Made by a program: the position numbers and the translations under genes. This document shows positions 51,358 through 58,873 of a stretch of DNA of 64,000 nucleotides, piece after piece (within the stretch, counting starts at the first letter, position 1; each line of letters starts with the position of its first letter). The notes below the pieces were generated by a model, which made no database searches, was not told where the DNA came from, and worked only from the letters and a program-made list of their open reading frames with translations. This stretch comes from Octopus sinensis (lineage: Eukaryota), in the NCBI RefSeq assembly GCF_006345805.1, contig NC_043006.1, positions 19,716,001-19,780,000 on the forward strand, in the 5' to 3' direction.

Positions 51358-54300
51358 ACAACAAAATTTTATATAGAGTTACTCAAGGTTTTGCACCCAC
51401 AAAGCTAAAGTGTTGTGGACAGCACGTCAGACTCTATATGAATACAAAATCAAACACAAACAATGCACATGCGTGAAATTAGAAATATGAAATGGTGACA
51501 ATTTACCCATTCCATACATATATTAATGGAAGTGGCTGTTGCAAGATCTGTGTCGTGGAGAGAGCCAAAATTCTTAAGGATTTCAAGAAGCTTGGTGCAT
51601 GAAACAGCTGTAAAGAAGTATTTTCTAAATGTATTCACTTCAAGCACTACTCACTAGAAAACTGGATCTCCATGTTTGATCATTAGACCTCTCCTGGCAT
51701 ATAAGGGGTTTTTTTTTCCCCACCTCTGTTTAACCCTTTCATTACCAACCCGGCTGAAACCGGCTCTGACTCTGAATACAAATGTCTTATTTTCATAAGT
51801 TTTCAATTAAAATCTACCACCAAACCTCAGTCACAATTTATGTTCCTAACACTAGCTTAATGATAACTAAGTTATTTTAATAAATTCTTTGTTATATTTA
51901 AAGTAATTGAAAGAAACACAGAGCATCTCAAAATAATTACAGTAACGAAAGGGTAAGGGGAAATAATCTGTACTCATTAATATTTTTTTGTATTCCTTGA
52001 GTTCTGAGCATTTTCCCACGTCTACGATGTAGATATTTTAAAATTTTGTATTCATCTAGAATCTGACAAAACTGGCCACAAGGCTTTAGCTTTGTGGGTG
52101 TTAAACCTTGGGTAACTCTATATAAAATGTTGTAATAATTACTGCTCTATATTTTAGAGTGTGCTTCTTTCTGTTACTTTTTATTAACTCTATATATATA
52201 TATATGGAGGCGCAATGGCTCAGTGGTTAGGGCAGTGGACTCGCGGTCGTAGGATTGCGGTTTTGATTCCCAGACCGGGTGTTGCGAGTGTTTATTGAGC
52301 GAAAATACCCAAAGCTCCACGAGGCTCCGGCAGGGGGTGGGAGTGGCGATCCCTGCTGTACTCTTCCGCTACAACTTTCTCTTAATCTTTCTTCTGTTGG
52401 CCTGCTCACTTAGCCAGTGGGGTGGCATCATTTGAAGGCTAAAACAATGCAAAGGGCATTGTGACCAGCGATGTGTAGCAACATCTGATAGCCTGGTCGG
52501 TCACGGTCATGGTGATATATATATATATACAGGGTTTTATATATATATACAGGGTTTAATAAATAAAGTGTTGTCTATATTATGCAAAAATGAAAATAAC
52601 AGTGACATCTCATTTTCATGATATATTTACCAAAGTTACGTAAAAATATCTTGAAATACTAAAGAGTAAATTTATTCAATACAATCGCCATTGGCTTCAA
52701 CCACGGCATCCAGATGACTTCGGAATCTCCTGCAATTTCTCTAGATAGTCTCCTTGTTTAAATTGGTGAATGCTGCCTTCAGTTTATTTTTGGTATTACA
52801 AGTTTTGCTGGTTTCTCGTTCAACTGCACCCCTCACATAATAATCAAGGGGGTTGCAGTTTGGAGAGTTAGGTGGCCAGATGTTAGGGGTAATGTGGTTT
52901 CAGAAATTGTCTGTCAGCCATAGCTGGGTTCCCCTGCTTGTGGTGCAGAGTCCTGTTGCCAGACATAGGGTCTTCCAGCAGACACCCCCTTGACCCAGGG
53001 CAGCACTACCTCCTCCAGGCACTTGATGTAGGCCTCCGTGTTGAGTCTGGAGCCATGTGGGAGGATGACTGGAGGCATAACATTGCCATCACTAGTGATC
53101 ACTCCAAACAACATGATGTTGACTGGACATATAATTTTTATCACTCTCAGTACATGTTCGTACAATACCCCTCCTCTTCCCACACGACATATCAGACTAA
53201 AACAGGTTATAGAATAAGAAAAAATACTAGAAGAAAGTAGATGTAAAAGTGGAAAGTTGAGAACATCAGAAAACAAAAGGAAAATGAAAAAGAAAAATTA
53301 GAGTTATGTTCCCTTTGACTGTAAAGTCATATGGCTGAATGATTAGGGGCTTGAGGCTGAGGTACAGCTGCTTAATCTAGAGAGGGCAGTATTGTCCAAT
53401 TCATCAACAGGGACTTATCCATATGTCTACATCCACTTAAAATTTCAGATCTGGAATTCAGCAGTGCAATGGATTTCATAGCTTATATATTTTAGAGTTG
53501 TTAGCATATGGTGTGAACTTTACAACTATTTTCCACTTGAAAATATTTCTGCATGACCAGACATGTTTCTCACAGGAAGATTGAAACAAATGGCAATGCC
53601 TCTATGACAGTAACACTTGTTTACAATTTTCATGCAATATCAACATGCACACGCAAAAATGCATATATGTTACAGGATAAAGAACCCCTGTTGTTATGAA
53701 CGACCATGGTTGTTTATAGAATACAACACAATCATGAGGCAGTGAGTTTGTTTCTCATACTGGAGTGTGTGTTGTGTTCTTGAGCAAGACACTTTATTTC
53801 ACATTGCTCCAGTCTACTCAGCTGTAAATGTCACTGGTGCTCAGCTGTATCAGCCTTTTGCCTTTCCCTTGGGTAACATTGGTGTCACGAAGAGGGGAGG
53901 CTGGTATGCATAGGCAACTGCTGGTCTTCTATAAACAAATTTGCCCAGACTTGTACCCCAGAAGGGAACTTTCTAGGTGTAATCCCATGGTCATTCATTA
54001 CCAAAAAGTGTCTTTACCTTTTGATTCCTTTTGTTCTTGTAATTTTAAAAACTTGGCATGCCTTAACTCAGTTATTTTGTAAACTTACAAAATGTGACCC
54101 AAAGCAAGCAAAACTAATATGAATTCAGTAAATTATATTTGGAATTTTGATGATTTAGTTTCTAGTAAATCTCTTTACTATTTTTCTTCTATTTCCTTCC
54201 CCTATATCTGTAAAATATATTTTTAAAAACATACATTCTGTTGTTAAAAAACAAAAAAAATTACAAATATTTTCTCATTTTATTTTGTGTTAAATACAAA

Positions 54301-56602
54301 AACAATCTGCTTTTAATGACTATTAATAGCCTTCATCTTACTCCATAAGTTGTACCACATTAGTATTTCCATTCTGCTGTCTCCCACAAGACCACTGCAA
54401 ACACTAACTATTATACATAAAACTACCATCAATTCATAAAGGTTTTATAAAGCCAATTCTTTTCCATGTCTATTACCATATTTTCTGGCATACAAGGCAA
54501 ATTTTCAAGACCAAAATTTACAGCCAAAACAATAGCAGGTCAACTCTAACACTTAAGACAACTGTGCACGACCTAAAATTCCATGTGAAATACGGCAGAA
54601 TTTAGAAAAATAGTAACTATATCTGAATTTTTACACTACATATTTACACCATGTGTTACATTGGCTTACATGTTGGAAAATATGTTAGTTCCACTTGTGA
54701 AAATAAGCAAAAAAAATACAGATACTGATCTATCCACAGAAAAGTCAAAATATAAATTGATAAAAGGTTAGTTTATGATGGCACTGATGGGGAAGACATA
54801 TAAATTATCTTGAAGTGAAATTCAAAATACACAGACATGAAGACATATTCTTTAAAACGTTTTTCATTTCATTATTTAGGGACATCTGAGGACAACACAG
54901 CCTTTGTGCAAAAGACAGAAACTTCAGCTAGCAGCAAGATCAGTAAAATTCTATCAACCAAATCTTTTGGTAACAAACCTATTGTCATGAATGTAAACTG
55001 CATAAATAATGCAGGGCTTGAATTCAATCTGATATCCGGGCCAAAATCTGCTTTGAAGTTACATAACCACACCAAAGTTCGCATGATTCCAGTCAATGAA
55101 TGGTCCAACACAAATTCTTGCTGTATACAAAGTCATCAAAGTCAATTGAAGGTTGTTATTGAACATTCTGAACAAACTCAAGATGATTACGTATGCAGAA
55201 TCACAGAAAATGGTAAAATTTACACGAATTGGATGTCTGTTGGTTACCGTCGGCAACTGACTTTCAACTCTCTTACTCTAAGAGATGGATTTACCTACCA
55301 AGCAGAAATAAAAAGAAATCACACAACAAAACAAACTGAAATACTGCGATCAAATGATGTTGTGGTGGACAGTTCCAAGCCAGAAATAACAGGTAAATCA
55401 ACATTTTATATGAAACATTGCAGGTGAGATGTTAAAATGCTTAATTGATATTACTATGACCATCCAAACTAGTAATTCCTAAACCGTTTTTGGAAGTGTG
55501 CACCCTTAACTTTACATCATTTCTAGTACGCCTAGTTCTATAACATTATCCTGAAATTAGTGTCATACAACATTATAGACAAGACATTTTAAAGGACTCT
55601 CTATAAACGTTAATGTCCGTCTGGGGACAGCTGAAATAATATCCATGCCAGACTGGAACCACTGATCTGTTTTTGTACAAACATTGACTATTGTTCCTCT
55701 CAATAAGGTAAATATCTCTATATATTGACAGTGGACCTGCTCTGTGGCATTATGGACAAAAATAATTTTCTGTAGCCTGAGGTCAAGCCATACCTTGTTA
55801 TACTGATGGAAACTATATAGAAGTGGATTATACCTGTAATTCAAAAGTTACAGCCTAATCATACACTGTATCACCTGAGAATTATGTTATGGGTACATCT
55901 ACCTGTCAAATGTATAGAAGTGGATTATACCTGTAATTCAAAAGTTACAGCCTAATCATACACTGTGTCACCTGAGAATTATGTTATGGGTACATCTACC
56001 TGTCAAATGTATAGAAGTGGATTATATACCTGTAATGTAATTCAAAAGTTACAGCCTAATTATACACTGTGTCACCTGAGAATTATGTTATGGGTACATC
56101 TACCTGTCAAATGTTCGGCCACTTAACCGTTAATTCAAGAATAGTTAATCCAGTTGATCAAACAAGTAGATCCTTATTGTTGAAAGACAGATCCACTATT
56201 ACCACCAAAAATCTCAACATTATTAATAAATACATGATTTCTGTTATCAGCATTAAGTATCATGTGACATAGTTTAGAAGGGGGAACTGTTACTGGGGTC
56301 AGTTGTCATTCACTATTAACAATAAAAATGAAAACAAAATTGCAACAATTATTGTATCAACAAAGGCACAGGACTAGAAATTCTATGGTTGGGAGCGGGT
56401 AATCAATTAAGTCTATCCCAGGTATTTGACAATTTATTTTGCTGATCCCAGAAGAAAAAAAGGCTAAGTTGACTTTGAGGGGCTTTGAACTCAGAATGTG
56501 GTGACACAGTTAAATATTACAGGGAAATTTGACTGATGCTATAATGATTCTACCAATCCACTAGTTAAACACAATAAAAATAACAAAGACATGCTACTTA
56601 TG

Positions 56603-56645
<43 letters not shown>

Positions 56646-57705
56646 GGTTTCTATATATATATAGATTGAAGGCTTCAAATGTCCCGTCCGTGTTTTTTGT
56701 ATCGTCTTCTAAATGTTTTACGTTCTTGTCCCAGTTTGTATTTTTCTACATATAATATATATATATATATATATGTTGTCTTTCAACAATGTTTTCCTTG
56801 TCTTTCAACTTGTTTGATCAACTGAATTAACAGTTAAGTGGCCAAATATTTGACAGGTAGATGTACCCATAAAGGCGGTGAGCTGGCAGAAATGTTAGCA
56901 TGCCGGGCAGAATGCTTAGCCGTATTTCGTCTGCCATGTTCTGAGTTCAAATTCCGCCGAGGTCGACTTTGCCTTTCATCCTTTCGGGGTTGATAAATTA
57001 AGTACCAGTTACGCACTGAGGTCGATGTAATCGACTTAATCCGTTTGTCTGTCCTTGTTTGTCCTCTCTGTATTTAGCCCCTTGTGGGTAATAAAGAAAT
57101 AGGTAGATGTACCCATAACATAATTCTCAGGTGACACAGTGTGTATATGTTTATGTGTCTGTGTTTGTCTCCCACAACATCGCTTGACAACCGATGCTGG
57201 TGTGTTTATGTACCCTGTAACTTAGCAGTTCGGCAAAAGAGACCGCTAGAATAAGTACTAGGCTTACAAAGAATAAATCCTGGGGTCGATTTGCTCAACT
57301 AAAGGCGGTGCTCCAGCATGGCCGCAGTCAAATGACTGAAACAAGTAAAAGTAAAAGAGGCTGTTCCATGGATCAGATTAACTGGAACTCTTGTTGTCGT
57401 AACCGACAGTGATCCAGTGTGTTACACATGCACACATATATATATATTTCTTTACTACCCACAAGGGGCTAAACACAGAGGGGACAAACAAGGCGAGACA
57501 AAGGGATTAAGTCGATTACATCGACCCCAGTGCGTAACTGGTACTTAATTTATCGACCCCGAAAGGATGAAAGGCAAAGTCGACCTCGGCAGAATTTGAA
57601 CTCAGAACGTAACGACAGACGAAATACGGCTACGCATTTCGCCTGGCGTGCTAACGTTTCTGCCAGCTCGCCACCCTTATTTATATATATTTATATATAT
57701 TTATA

Positions 57706-57736
<31 letters not shown>

Positions 57737-58254
57737 CGGAGTACTCAAATACCAGTGGTAGAGTAATATGCTTTATTTAAAGCAGCAGAAAATTCAACAA
57801 AATCTGTTACTCTGAGTTTCTCGTTGCCGTTCTTCAGACAGTTTTTGCTAGAATATATATATATATATATATATGCACATGCATACATGTGAGTGGCACT
57901 CGTGAAATCATAATCATTGCCAGTAGCATGACCTTCAAATGGTTGGCGTCATGTAGGCGATGACAAGTGACTGAGACCTTTAACGATATGTTGTGCTTGA
58001 GAAGATTCAAACTAAGTGGAATTATAGTCATGGCTGATGTCAGTGTCATGTAACTGGCACCAATTCCAGTGGTACGTAAAACATGCCCATTACCCTCTTG
58101 GAGTGGTTGGTGCTAGTGAGGGCAGCCAGCTGTAGAAACCTAGCCATATCAGATTGGATCTTGGTAATCCTCTCTGGCTTACCAGTTCCAGTCAAACCAT
58201 CTAACCCATGCCAGCAAGGAAAGAAGACGTTAAATGATGATAATATGCACACAC

Positions 58255-58294
<40 letters not shown>

Positions 58295-58840
58295 ATTACA
58301 GATATAGGGTGAAAGATAATTAATTTAAAATAATTAATTTTGGAGGGAAATACGAATTCACTCGTCTATATAAATGTGGATATGCTGATTAACTTTTATA
58401 TGTTCCGATGACGCTTGGTCGGAAATATAAGGGGTAAGTTTTCCTAGCATTTCTAGATTTATTTATCGGAATATTTTGTCGATGAATGAAATGAATCTTA
58501 TGATTCTAATCCAGAAACGTACGTCCATAATTAACCGAAGGCTGTTTGATTTCATTATTTTTCTTCTTTTTTTGCCATATGTGAGTTACAAATATTGTTG
58601 TCTGTGAAGACATATTTTTGTAGAAAAAGGAAATAGTAGTCCTTTGGCTATTTCTAAAATTTTTCGGTTGGTGGTCAAGCAACTTGTTGCTAAACCCTTA
58701 TTGTTATATATATATTGAAAAATAGGATAAAATCTTTATAAGAATTTATCAAGTAGTTAACGTGAAAAATCTCATAAGGGAAAAATCCCTAAATTATTCC
58801 TCTTAAAAATATTTATTTATATAAATAAATAAATAAATAA

Positions 58841-58873
<33 letters not shown>

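Noticed and set aside
55816-56113. 97-bp repeats as a CRISPR array
   Set aside because: Head-to-tail tandem units, no spacers, no cas genes.
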